Source: Eledone cirrhosa
Taxonomy: Eukaryota
NCBI GenBank assembly: GCA_964016885.1
Contig: OZ024760.1
Span: 2,728,001 to 2,792,000, forward strand
Reading direction: 5' to 3'
DNA length: 64,000 nucleotides
Both the position numbers and the translations under genes were made by a program. The first letter of the stretch is position 1; each line of letters begins with the position of its first letter. A model generated the notes under the pieces. The model did no database searches, was not told the origin of the DNA, and worked only from the letters and a program-made list of their open reading frames with translations. Positions 1 to 10,976 of the stretch are shown one piece after another.

Positions 1-2
1 CC

Positions 3-1196
3 CTAAGGAAGCTGGGTGTTGAGGAATTGCTTGTAAGGACAGTGCAAACTTTGTACAGAGGTACTCTCAGTAAAGTCAGGGTAGGAATGGAGTTTAGTGA
101 GGAATTCCAGATACAAGTAGGAGTTCATCAGGGTTCGGTCCTCAGCCCGCTCTTGTTCATTATAGTCCTCCAAGCCATAACAGAGGAGTTTAAGACTGGC
201 TGTCCATGGGAACTTCTCTATGCTGACGATCTGGCTCTTATGGCAGAATCAGTAGAGGAGCTAGAGAATAAATTCCGGCTATGGAAACAGCAGTTGGAAG
301 CAAGAGGACTGAGAGTAAATCTAGCTAAGACAAAAGTGTTGATGAGTAGAAAAGAGGACAAAACCCTGATTCCGTCAGGGAAATGGCCATGTTCGATATG
401 CAGAAAAGGAACTGGCATAAATTCTATAAAATGCACACAATGTAGGTCCTGGGTACACAAGAGATGTAGCGGGATAGCAGGCAAACTAACAGGTAGGGAG
501 AAATATGTATGCAGTAGATGTACAGGGAAATTAGACAGTAGAAGTCGCACTGATAGACACATTTTTCAAATGCGAGAGGGCGCTATAGAAGTGGTGGATA
601 GCTTCCGGTACCTAGGAGATCAGATTAGCATGGGAGGAGGGTGTTCCGAGGCCATAGTATCTAGAATAAGGACGGGTTGGAAGAAGTTTAGGGAGCTGCT
701 TCCTCTGTTGACGAAGAAGGGTTTCTCCCTGCGTACGAAAGGCCGGTTGTATGATGCCTGTGTGAGGAGCGCGATGCTGCATGGTAGTGAGACATGGGCA
801 GCTACCGCAGAAGATATGCGACGGCTGGAGAGAAATGAGGCAAGCATGCTCCGTTGGATGTGCAGTGTAAATGTGCGTGAACGACCCAGCATAAATGTGT
901 TGAGAGAGAAACTGTGTCTGAGAGGGATAGAATGTAGTGTACGGGAGAGGAGACTGAGGTGGTATGGACATGTGATGCGCATGGAGGATGACCGATGGGT
1001 GAAGAAGTGCCAGGAAATGCCAATTGAAGGAAGACGTGGTAGAGGTAGACCACGAAAAACATGGGCGGAGGTGGTGAGAACAGACCTCAGATCATTGAAG
1101 CTCACGGTGGAGATGACGAGGGACCGTGACGAGTGGAGAGATGCTGTGCTGAATAAGACCCGTCCCACCCTTGCAAGCAGGGAAAAGCGGACGTAA
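3..1196 (+). CDS. RTE-clade non-LTR retrotransposon ORF, 3' part (RT with inserted PHD-type zinc finger); open from the window edge
   Basis: RT motifs GVHQGSVLSPLLF, LLYADDL and FRYLG; RTE C-terminal motifs AMLHGSETW, RRLRWYGHVMRM and [10 protein letters not shown]; stop followed at once by an (ATG)n tail at 1198-1220. Confidence 0.93.
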   Translation, partial: LRKLGVEELLVRTVQTLYRGTLSKVRVGMEFSEEFQIQVGVHQGSVLSPLLFIIVLQAITEEFKTGCPWELLYADDLALMAESVEELENKFRLWKQQLEARGLRVNLAKTKVLMSRKEDKTLIPSGKWPCSICRKGTGINSIKCTQCRSWVHKRCSGIAGKLTGREKYVCSRCTGKLDSRSRTDRHIFQMREGAIEVVDSFRYLGDQISMGGGCSEAIVSRIRTGWKKFRELLPLLTKKGFSLRTKGRLYDACVRSAMLHGSETWAATAEDMRRLERNEASMLRWMCSVNVRERPSINVLREKLCLRGIECSVRERRLRWYGHVMRMEDDRWVKKCQEMPIEGRRGRGRPRKTWAEVVRTDLRSLKLTVEMTRDRDEWRDAVLNKTRPTLASREKRT

Positions 1197-1218
1197 AATG
1201 ATGATGATGATGATGATG

Positions 1219-1263
<45 letters not shown>

Positions 1264-1374
1264 TCTGTGTGAGTGTGTGTCTCTGTGTGATTGCATTTGT
1301 GTGTAAGTGTGTGTTTTTGAAATGTAGCCGTTCCGGCGCAAATGACCATAATAATAGTCAATCGCTATAAATAA

Positions 1375-1840
1375 TTGTTTCTACTTTAGGCACAAGGCCA
1401 GCAATTACCCTAGTACATTACTGGTACTTTATTTTATCGACCCCTAAGGATGAAAGTCAAAGTTAACCTCAGCAGGATTTGAACTCAGAACGTAAAGGGC
1501 CATAACTCAATGGTGCAAAGCATGGTGTTCGATCCTCTACCGATTACTGCCAATCCACCGCTCTAGGCACAAGGTCATCAATTTCAAGGGAAGGAGAAAA
1601 TTGATTAAATCGACCCCAGTACGTTACTGGTACTTTATTTTATCCACCCTGTAAGGATGAAATGCAAAGCTAACCTCAGAGGGATTTGACCTCACAATGT
1701 AAAGGGACGTAACTCTATGTCACAAAAGGTCCAACGCTATACCGATTCTGGTAATCTACCACCCTATAAATGGTTTCATATATAGGCACAAGGCCAGCAA
1801 TTAAATCGATCCTCCACTGCATGACTGGTACTTTATTTTA
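1375..1840 (-). mobile_element. Cluster of tRNA-derived SINEs with a Deu/Nin-type central domain (octopus OR-like). Other copies near 6770-6980(+), 7880-8020(-), 27432-27620(+), 30985-31185(-), 36485-36678(-), 40410-40590(-), 47985-48190(-), 49930-50235(-), 58450-58650(+), 60152-60345(+)
   Basis: Recurrent ~190-bp unit: GGCGGTGGATTGGCAG (A box), GAGTTCAAATCC (B box), core GCCTTTCATCCTTACGGGGTCGATAAAATAAAGTACCAG, A/T-rich tail. Confidence 0.85.
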
Positions 1841-1858
1841 TGTGTGTGTGTATATATA

Positions 1859-1908
<50 letters not shown>

Positions 1909-2132
1909 GTGTGTATATATATATATATTAGTCGAACACTGGTGAGTTATATACGTAGTAGTAGAGCACTCAGTCCATGAGACGAGTTTGGTAGAATTAG
2001 TTCCACAACATTTAGTTCGATATTTCTGAGAAGAACAATTGTTTTACCTTATTCGGATCATTGTATTCGGAATTATTCTCGGAAATGGTGAACTAAGTGT
2101 TGTGGAACTACTTCTATATATATATATATATA

Positions 2133-2324
2133 TAACGAAGGAAATGTGGTAAGGAACCAGGTGGACCATAACGCACCAAAGTACTCAATACTTGGGGTAG
2201 TAGAGTGGGTAATAGGAACCAGTAAGACCCCGACGGCTGAGCTCAAGCCGTTTCGACGGCTAATTCAGAATTCTGAATTAGCCGTCGAAACGGCTTGAGC
2301 TCAGCCGTCGGGGTCTTACTGGTT

Positions 2325-2328
<4 letters not shown>
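2133..2328. mobile_element. Fold-back mini-element (PLE 3'-end-like) between (TA)n tracts; family also at 10115-10197, 15753-15925, 29364-29557, 61245-61435
   Basis: Near-identical copies; internal palindrome; carries the 3' half of an HHR (CGAAA-CGGCT..AGCCG-TC). Confidence 0.75.
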
Positions 2329-2391
<63 letters not shown>

Positions 2392-2689
2392 ATATTTATT
2401 AAAATAACAGATTAAAGTTTAAGCAAAGAATCGCTGCTGTCACCCTTAAGATCCCATTAAGGGTGAAAGCAGCGATTCTTTGCTTAAACTTTAATCTGTT
2501 ATTTTAATAAATATTTGCTCTACGGTTCTTATATATTTGATATATATTTATCCTTATCGAGCCCTCTTTGGATTTTAGTCTTCAAATTTATTATTATTAC
2601 TATATATATATATATATATATGTCCCACCCTTGCAAGCAGGGAAAAGCGGACGTAAAATGATGATGATGATGATATATATATATATATA

Positions 2690-3044
2690 TATAAAGAAAA
2701 AGGGATGAAATCGAAAATGCAACTGAAGTCTTATTTTTTTTAAAAATATATATATTTATTTGGTTCCTTTACCGGTTTCGCAGTTCTTCTGCTTTTCAAA
2801 AGGTGAGTTGAGATGGAGGGTCTGTGGTTTTTCTCACATCTGTGAGAAAAACCACAGACCCTCCATCTCAACTCACTTTTTGAAAAGCAGAAGAACTGCG
2901 AAACCGGTAAAGGAACCAAATAAATATATATATTTTTTAAAAAAATAAGACTTCAGTTGCATTTTCGATTTCATCCCTTTTTCTTTATACTTCCACTCGT
3001 GTAGGACACCTCGGTCATTTTTCATTCTGTAAAAAAAACCTCAC

Positions 3045-3050
<6 letters not shown>
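2690..3050. mobile_element. ~300-bp palindrome (2690-2989) plus a unique tail; one HHR per arm
   Basis: Arms are reverse complements about 2839/2840; (TA)n on both sides. Confidence 0.85.
2766..2803 (-). ncRNA. Minimal type-I hammerhead ribozyme, U3:A8 variant (mirror copy 2876-2913 +)
   Basis: CCTT-TTGAAAA-GCAG agaag-type loop CTGC-GAAA-CCGG-TA-AAGG; helices I, II and III all pair; GUA site. Confidence 0.75.
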
Positions 3051-3120
<70 letters not shown>

Positions 3121-3167
3121 AATGAGTAAAGAATAACGTGGATCGGCTGTACAATAGGGTTTATCAA

Positions 3168-3278
3168 AGTATTAACAAATGTTTCATTAGTCTGGTGTGT
3201 CTAAAAGCCGCTGTCCGTAAACGGCTACGTCACTCGATTTTAATTACAGTTGATATCCGACCAAATCTTCAGAATACT
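3168..3278 (-). ncRNA. Type-I hammerhead ribozyme with an 80-nt helix II domain
   Basis: AGTATT-CTGAAGA-T-TTGGTC...GACTAA-T-GAAA-CATTTG-TT-AATACT. Confidence 0.65.
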
Positions 3279-3279
3279 G

Positions 3280-3317
<38 letters not shown>

Positions 3318-3792
3318 CATTACAATTTAAAAAATATATGATCAACACTACTGTGTTTTTTTTTTTGCAAAATGACAATAATTTTTTTTTTGTCAATTAT
3401 TGTCATTTTGCAAAAAAAAAAAACACAGTAGTGTTGATCATATATTTTTTAAATATGCTCAGAAGTATTTTCTTAGAGCTTAATATTTGTAACTGACTAC
3501 TAAACTGAAATATATATATATATATATAAATGGAAAAGACTGAAACGAAATTTCATTTCTCACTCTTAGTACGGCAAGTATGTATGTATACGTATATACA
3601 TATATGTATACAGACATACAATAGTATGTATATATATACATACATGCACACATATATATATGTACGTATGGGTTTACCGAACATTTATTATAATGTTCGG
3701 TTTGTTTGTTTGTAAACAAACAAACAGCCCGAATTACACCGTACAGTGTTCAGGCAACCCTCATCGCCCCTTTGTTCAACACTGTCACAGGA

Positions 3793-3835
3793 ACGATGTA
3801 CTAGTTTCAAGCTTATTAGCTATCGTCAGCATCGT
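3793..3835 (-). ncRNA. Minimal type-I hammerhead ribozyme
   Basis: ACGATG-CTGACGA-T-AGCT aata AGCT-T-GAAA-CTAG-TA-CATCGT; perfect 6-bp helix I, palindromic helix III, GUA site. Confidence 0.85.
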
Positions 3836-4074
3836 ATACCTTTCTGCCAGATGATTGAACGTCTGAAAGTATATACTTTCCTTATGCATATTAATGGCTG
3901 AGCAGCCTAAGAGTGAGTTAGTCGCACCGAAAACGATAAATGGAAAAGAATGAAACGAAATTTCATTTCTCACTCTTAGTACGGCTGTTACTTAAATGCA
4001 AGTATGTATGTATACGTACATACATATATGTATACAGATGTACAGTAGCATGTATATATATATACATACATACA

Positions 4075-4112
<38 letters not shown>

Positions 4113-4139
4113 AAAAAAAAAAGAACGATCGACTTTCGT

Positions 4140-4338
4140 CAAATCAGACCGAGGGAACACTGTTTCCGTTGGTCTTTCCAATTGCTAATACTATCTATCG
4201 GTCGCAACTCCAGGTAGAAGGAGCAACATGAAATAAAGTGTCTTGCTCAAGGACATAACGTATCACCTGGTCCAGGAATCGAACTCACAACCTTACGATT
4301 GCGAATCCAATTCCCTAACCACTCAGCCACACGCCTTC
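4140..4338 (-). mobile_element. Second tRNA-derived SINE family (Meta-domain-like); related copies 15968-16110(+), 29120-29318(-), 37040-37218(-), 42355-42490(-), 56860-57110(-)
   Basis: tRNA head (TGGCTGAGTGGTTAG...GAGTTCGATTCC) followed by TGTCCTTGAGCAAGACACTTTATTTCA. Confidence 0.75.
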
Positions 4339-4342
4339 ACAT

Positions 4343-4387
<45 letters not shown>

Positions 4388-5385
4388 AACCCATAAAAGA
4401 ATGAAAAGAGAGTAAGAAAATAAACATTTAAAACAAACATAACTTCCCCAAAGGTGAGGAGACTCTAAAGATGACTCATGTAGAAATCGCACAAAAGCCA
4501 CAGTCACCCTGTCCACTAGGGCAAAGGGCCCTTTCCCAGTCTTTCTACTCCAATCTACAGGTGTATGCTCAGAGCAGGCTCATTCACACGGCCCATGCTA
4601 CCCACTCTCACCCACCTTTCAAACAAACTGGTTGGAATAATGATAATCTAATGATTTGTAAGTTTCCCTCTTAGCTGGAGAAAAATATAAAACATAAAAC
4701 TTAACAGCAATTGTTAGCAACTCTCAAAGAGAAGGGGAGATAACTTTATGAAATTAGGAGGAGGAGGAGGAGGAGGAATGTGGATAATGGTGATGATAAG
4801 TGAGGGAAGATGAGGTGGTGAGGGGTGATTATAACGATGTTGAGAATGAAGAACAAAATTTGATAAAATAAATAAGTTGACCACAAAAAGGAATAAATAA
4901 TTTTTTTATAAAGAATGAAACAAATATTTTTTAAATAAAAAAAAAATGTTTAAATAAAAATGGAGAGCATATCTATGATAATATATACTCATGAGCCTGT
5001 AGATCATAAATGATGAAGTTACTGTTTAACAAAATGGTAGGAATTATAACTGAAGATTTTAAATAAATAATGGAACTCACTATTCCCAAGATAAAAGGAC
5101 AGTGATAAAATTTATTTAGAATAGAATTCTCAATGTTTTTTTTGTTTTTTTTTTTGTTTTTGTTTGCTTGTTGTATTTTTTGTTGTTGTTGTTGTTGTTA
5201 TTTTGTCTTTCATGTCTTGAGAGGAAAAGGTTCTATTATCAGAAATGGTGATGTCAAATTGGAAAAAATGTCTATACTACCATTATCTAAAGGAATAAAG
5301 TATTCTCAAAAGCTCTATTTGCTTTTGATGTATTATTGGAAGTGTTTTAAAAATAAATATATGTGGGCTCTCCTCATCAAGAAAA

Positions 5386-5617
5386 TAACCCTTTGGCATT
5401 TAAACCGGCCATATACGCCTAGAATTCTCTCACCTCTTTCTGTTTAAACTGGCCGTAACTGGCCATTCATACTGACATTAAGATATTGTTCTCAAAATAA
5501 ATAAATAATATCAAAATCTCATAGCTTTGATATTACGTGAGATAATTATGTGAGGGAAAGCCTTTACTGTGAAAATACAATAGTAAATATAGAGTAATGT
5601 AAATGCTAATGGATTAA
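5386..5617. mobile_element. piggyBac-type MITE, ~230 bp; copies at 27395-27824, 44826-45346, 47710-47926, 49021-49494, 56280-56853, 58200-58430, 59984-60413
   Basis: TTAA-CCCTTTAGCATTT...AAATGCTAAAGGG-TTAA terminal inverted repeats (TIRs) and TTAA target duplication in the best copies; shared interior. Confidence 0.8.
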
Positions 5618-5654
5618 AGCTCTGTCTGTTGTCATCAAGACCATTGTCTAATTT

Positions 5655-5923
5655 AATGTGGAATCTTGGTTCACAAACTTAATTTGTTCCTGAAGGCCGT
5701 TTGTCACCCAAAATGTTTGTAAATCGAAACTTTTTTTCTCATACGGAATACAGTGAGGGAGAGAGTATGTGTGAAAGACAGATAGATATCATCATAGTAA
5801 CTAACTACACAGCAAGTGACACTCCCAGCTTATCACTAAATGTTGACACCACTTGACAACCAAGACCTAAGTTCAGAAAAATTGTTCATGAACCAATTTA
5901 GTGGTGATGAACTGAGGTTCAAT
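5655..5923. mobile_element. Degenerate Tigger/pogo-like MITE
   Basis: Imperfect TIRs GTGGAATCTTGGTTCACAAAC / GATGAACTGAGGTTCAA. Confidence 0.4.
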
Positions 5924-6034
5924 AAAAAAAAAAAAAGAAAAAAATTAAAAAATCAGTAAGGGTCGATAAAATAAAGTACCAGTAATGCACTGGGTAATTA
6001 CTGGCCTTGTGCCAAAAGTAGAAACAATTATTAT

Positions 6035-6200
6035 ATTCTACATTGACAAATGTAGAAACATCAACCAATATATCACCGTTACCATTAAAGCCAGTGATAG
6101 GAATGTGGGTAACTTAAGAATTAAGGAAGCCTTGCTCATCCGTAGACTTAACCCACAAATAAATAATAGATTAGAAGTCAGCACACAGTACTTGACATAA
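6035..6200 (+). pseudogene. Remnant of the GIY-YIG endonuclease C-terminus of another Penelope-like element
   Basis: NLRIKEALLIRRLNPQINNR matches the L.IKE.LLI....P.lN motif that ends PLE endonucleases. Confidence 0.65.
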
Positions 6201-6384
6201 AAAGACATACCCACAGGTACACAAACTAAACATCTCATACAGAAAACAGAATTGACTTCATTCACGTGGAAATTGAAGTAACCATAAAAAAAAAACGCTT
6301 GAAAACGACTTATAAAAAATTTAAAGGAAACATAAAAATTCAAAATTACATGTCACTAAAAATAGGGAATACAATAAATGTAAA

Positions 6385-6682
6385 ACTTGAAGAATACCTG
6401 TCCATATATATATATATCATCATCAAGATTACAACTTGAAGAATACCTGTCCATATATATATATATATATATATATCATCATCAAGATTACAACTTGAAG
6501 AATACCTGTCCATATATATATATATATATATATCATCATCAAGATTACAACTTGAAGAATACCTGTCCATATATATATATATATCATCAAGATTACAACT
6601 TGAAGAATACCTGTCCATATATATATATATATCATCAAGATTACAACTTGAAGAATACGTGTCCATACATTTATATCATCAT
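6385..6682. repeat. Minisatellite, ~6 units of CATCAAGATTACAACTTGAAGAATACCTGTCC + (TA)n
   Basis: Direct tandem units with variable TA length. Confidence 0.9.
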
Positions 6683-7312
6683 CATCGTTTAACGTCCCTC
6701 TTCCACGCTAGCATATATATCTGTTCGTGAGTGAATAATATTAATATTACAATAATATCATAATATTATTGGATTGGCAGAATCAGTAGAGCGTCAGACA
6801 CCATGCTTTGCAGCATAGAGTTATGGCCCTTTACTTTCTGAGTTCAAATCCCGTCGAGGTTAGCTTTGCCTTTCATCCTTAAGGGGTCGATAAAATAAAG
6901 CACCAGTAATGCACTAGGGTCGATTTAATCGGCTTTCCCCCCCCTCTTAAATAAATTGCTGGCCTTGTGCCGAAAGTAAAATGTTTGTATTATGTATATA
7001 TGTATATATATGTTTGTATTAACTTTGACTTTCATCCTTACGGGGTCGATAAAATAAAGTACCAGTAATACACTGGGATAATTGCTGGCCTTGTGCCAAA
7101 AGTAGAAGCAATTATAATATTATTATTCACTCATGAATACATTTAGGTATCCACCATGGTAAGAGCAAAAACAAATTTTTTTTTTTTCAATTTTCGGCAA
7201 AGCCGGCCATAAAATCACTTAGTATACAAATAAGGTTAATCAGCCGATGTACACATTTTAGAATACTATGTATTCTCAGCAGTTCCAGCAGGTAGCAGAG
7301 ACGAGAGAATAC

Positions 7313-7357
7313 ACAATCTCGATAAGGAGCAATAACTCCAAAACAATTGTCAATTGT
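7313..7357 (+). ncRNA. Decayed hammerhead ribozyme
   Basis: ACAAT-c-TCGATAA-GGAG caataa CTCC-aAAA-CAATTG-TC-a-ATTGT; helices intact, two core substitutions. Confidence 0.5.
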
Positions 7358-7544
7358 TTTCTCTCAGTTACCACTGGATCAAACCGATGACATTGTCATC
7401 TACCACATGATATTTATGAGGCTGTTTGCTTGTAAACAAACCGAATATTAATAACATTATAATAGTATTATTAACCACTCATGAATACATTTAGGAATCT
7501 ACCACGTTAAAAGCAAAAACAAATTTTGTTTTATATATATATAC

Positions 7545-7592
<48 letters not shown>

Positions 7593-8161
7593 GTATATGG
7601 ATATATATATAATTACATATATTTATATATAATACGTATAATTACATATATTTATATATATAATTATATAGTTACATGTATGTATAATTACATATATATA
7701 TAAATAATATATATGTATGATTACATATATTATATATATATAGAAAGAGAGAGAGAGAGAGAGAAAGAAAGAGAGAGAGGGGTTGGAGAGAGAGAGAGTG
7801 AGAGACAGAGAGAGATTCTAGAATGCTATTGTTCCAAACTAAACAAAGAACTGATGATAAAACATAAAATCCTCAATAATTGTTTCTACTTTTTGGCACA
7901 AGGCCAGCAATTATCCAGTGCATTACTGGTACTTTATTTTATCGACCCCGTAAGGATGAAAGGCAAAGTCAACCTCGGCGGGATTTGAACTCAGATCGTA
8001 AAGGGACGTAACTATGCTGGATCATAAAATCCTCAATAATAGAGATCAAACATGAACACAGTTGCATCTTTTCTTGTTTTGTCTTCCTTCTTTTACTCAA
8101 TTTATGACACATGTACTACCAATTTCCATGAGTCGTCTGGTTCCTTACCACATCTCCTCCA

Positions 8162-8230
<69 letters not shown>

Positions 8231-8260
8231 AGATCAAAAGATGGTTAAAAGAGTTCCATG

Positions 8261-8331
8261 TATTTTATTATGCGCATTTCAAAAAAAAATATCATCATGC
8301 GATAACATTTGCGTTTTCGTCAGATAAAATA
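8261..8331 (-). ncRNA. Hammerhead ribozyme (same family as 13950-14020 and 14128-14198)
   Basis: TATTTTAT-CTGACGA-long helix II-GAAA-TGCGCA-TA-ATAAAATA. Confidence 0.75.
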
Positions 8332-8578
8332 GGGAGACATGATATGAGGGTTAAAACACACTTGTGAATAGTGCAGTTTTAAATCAACATATGAAAGGTA
8401 GTTTTAGATTGATGTGTGATATTGGGAAAAAAAAATGTTGAGGTGGGGGGGGGAGGTTGGAAAGGATGAAAAAGAGGAGATGAGAGTAAAAAGTGGAGGG
8501 GGGGGAGTATAATGAGGAAGGATGAGATATTCGATATCTGCATTGCTTTATTGTACTACAATAAAACTCACCTCCTAC

Positions 8579-8627
<49 letters not shown>

Positions 8628-8635
<8 letters not shown>

Positions 8636-9220
8636 ATACTTTGGGAGGGTCATGTTGCCAATAAGAAACACACGCACCAGTTGCTTTCACTTCAATTTAT
8701 TATAATAAATTTATAAATTTAGGAATTTAGGAATTTTTAAATTTCCGGTTGGTTGGTTGGTTCCACAACCAGATGATTGTTTATATATTGTCAAAGTTCT
8801 TTCGTCACACATTCTGTGACCTCTTCAGTGACTGGGGATTCTTTTCTTTGTTTTTGTGCCTCTCCTTTGTTCTGTCCTACGCCAAAACAAGAAAAAAAAA
8901 CAAGATGGCGTAGGACAGAACAAAGGAGAGGCACAAAAACAAAGAAAAGAATCCCCAGTCACTGAAGAGGTCACAGAATGTGTGACGAAAGAACTTTGAC
9001 AATATATAAACAATCATCTGGTTGTGGAACCAACCAACCAACCGGAAATTTATAAATTCCTAAATTCCTAAATTTATAAATTTATTATAATAAATTGAAG
9101 TGAAAGCAACTGGTGCGTGTGTTTCTTATTGGCAACATGACCCTCCCAAAGTATAACAATATCGGTTTCAACGCACGTTTTCAGATAAAGAATCTTGCTA
9201 AACAAATTCAGAAACGAAAT
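8628..9220. mobile_element. ~535-bp palindrome (8628-9162, 21-nt spacer) plus tail; single-arm copy at 10555-10890
   Basis: Arms mirror about 8895; (TA)n flanks; HHR in each arm. Confidence 0.9.
8958..9000 (+). ncRNA. Minimal hammerhead ribozyme (copies 8790-8832 -, 10781-10823 -)
   Basis: GTCA-CTGAAGA-g-GTCACA loop TGTGAC-GAAA-G aa C-TT-TGAC; the 10.8-kb copy differs only in the loops and at the H position (CUA). Confidence 0.75.
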
Positions 9221-9234
9221 ATATATATATATAT

Positions 9235-10038
9235 AATTAATACATCTACCAACATATGCGTACAGATGTACACTAATACTAGTAAATATATAAGTTATGT
9301 CAAAGTACCTAGGTGGTTCAATGCAGGGGGATGCAGAACAATTATATGAAAGACGTAACATAAGAAAATTTTAAAAATTAAAAATTAACTTACTTACTAA
9401 AATTTTCACTCCAACTAATTAGTTTCTATAATGGGATAAATATAGTTACACAATGTAACTATCGAGAATTCATTACGTCATCAGGGAGTCTATTCTCAGC
9501 TAAGTTCCCAGGCAATGCGCGGACACTAGGAACTCATATAAAAATAATAATTCAGTGGATGTAATAAGCTAGCGGGGACTAAATTCCATAGCACTGAAAA
9601 ATTTCACTGCCTCCGGTCAGTGGTGTATTCTAAAGAATCAATCACGTGACACTGAGGTTAGTCAGTTAGGAGTGGGGTGGTATTATGACAAAGCCTACTA
9701 CTACTACTATGAATTAGCAGTAGATTTGGCAAGTTTGCTCAACAAATAATTTGGAGATAAATATATAGAATTAATACATCTACCAACATATGCGTACAGA
9801 TGTACACTAATACTAGTAAATATATAAGTTATGTCAAAGTACCTAGGTGGTTCAAAGCAGGGGGATGCAGAACAATTATATGAAAGACGTAAAATAAGAA
9901 AATTTTAAAAATTAAAAATTAACTTACTTACTAAAATTTTCACTCCAACTAATTAGTTTCTGTAATTAGTTGGAGTGAAAATTTTAGTAAGTAAGTTAAT
10001 TTTTAATTTTTAAAATTTTCTTATTTTACGTCTTTCAT
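9235..10038 (-). mobile_element. pLTR/retrozyme-like unit: ~190-bp direct repeat with 534-bp period, then a terminal inversion (9963-10038); related fragment 13625-13805
   Basis: Direct and inverted repeats are visible; contains the HHR at 9408-9489. Confidence 0.75.
9408..9489 (-). ncRNA. Hammerhead ribozyme with a 51-nt helix II domain
   Basis: ACTCC-CTGATGA-c-GTAATG...CATTAT-a-GAAA-CTAATTAG-TT-GGAGT; inner hairpin ATAGTTACA/TGTAACTAT. Confidence 0.8.
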
Positions 10039-10193
10039 TATATATATATATATATATATATATAGGGAAAAAGGCTAACCACTCATGCATCGAGGACATA
10101 TTTTTTATCCTTCCTATTATCCACTCTACTACCCTAAGTATTGAGTACTTTGGTGCGTTATGGTCCACTTGGTTCCTTACCACATTTCCTTCG

Positions 10194-10232
<39 letters not shown>

Positions 10233-10326
10233 AGACGCTAAACTCTGCCAGTCGAAGACTGCGCATCAGCATGAGATATTTTTCTCCACAAAATTTGATC
10301 TCCAACAGCAGTTATATATGTATATA

Positions 10327-10393
<67 letters not shown>

Positions 10394-10490
10394 ATATGTA
10401 TATATATATATATGTATGTATTTATATATGTATATGTGTGTGTATGTATATATATATATGTATGTGTATGTATATATATATATGTATGTG

Positions 10491-10559
<69 letters not shown>

Positions 10560-10884
10560 CGTTTCTGAATTTGTTTAGCAAGATTCTTTATCTGAAATCG
10601 TGTGTTGAAACCGATATTGTTATACTTTGGGAGGGTCATGTTGCCAATAAGAAACACACGCACCAGTTGCTTTCACTTCAATTTATTATATATTTATAAA
10701 TTTATAAATTTACAAATCTACAAACTTATAAATTTCTGGTTGGTTGGTTGGTTCCACAACCAGATAGTTGTTTATATATAGTCATAGTCCTTTCGTCACA
10801 CACTCTGTGACCTCTTCAGTGACTGGGGATTCCTTTCTTTGTTTCTGTGCCTTTCTTTTCTTCTGTCCTACGCCATTTTGTTTC

Positions 10885-10970
<86 letters not shown>

Positions 10971-10976
<6 letters not shown>

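Noticed and set aside
6385-6682. Repeat-spacer appearance
   Set aside because: The spacers are only (TA)n
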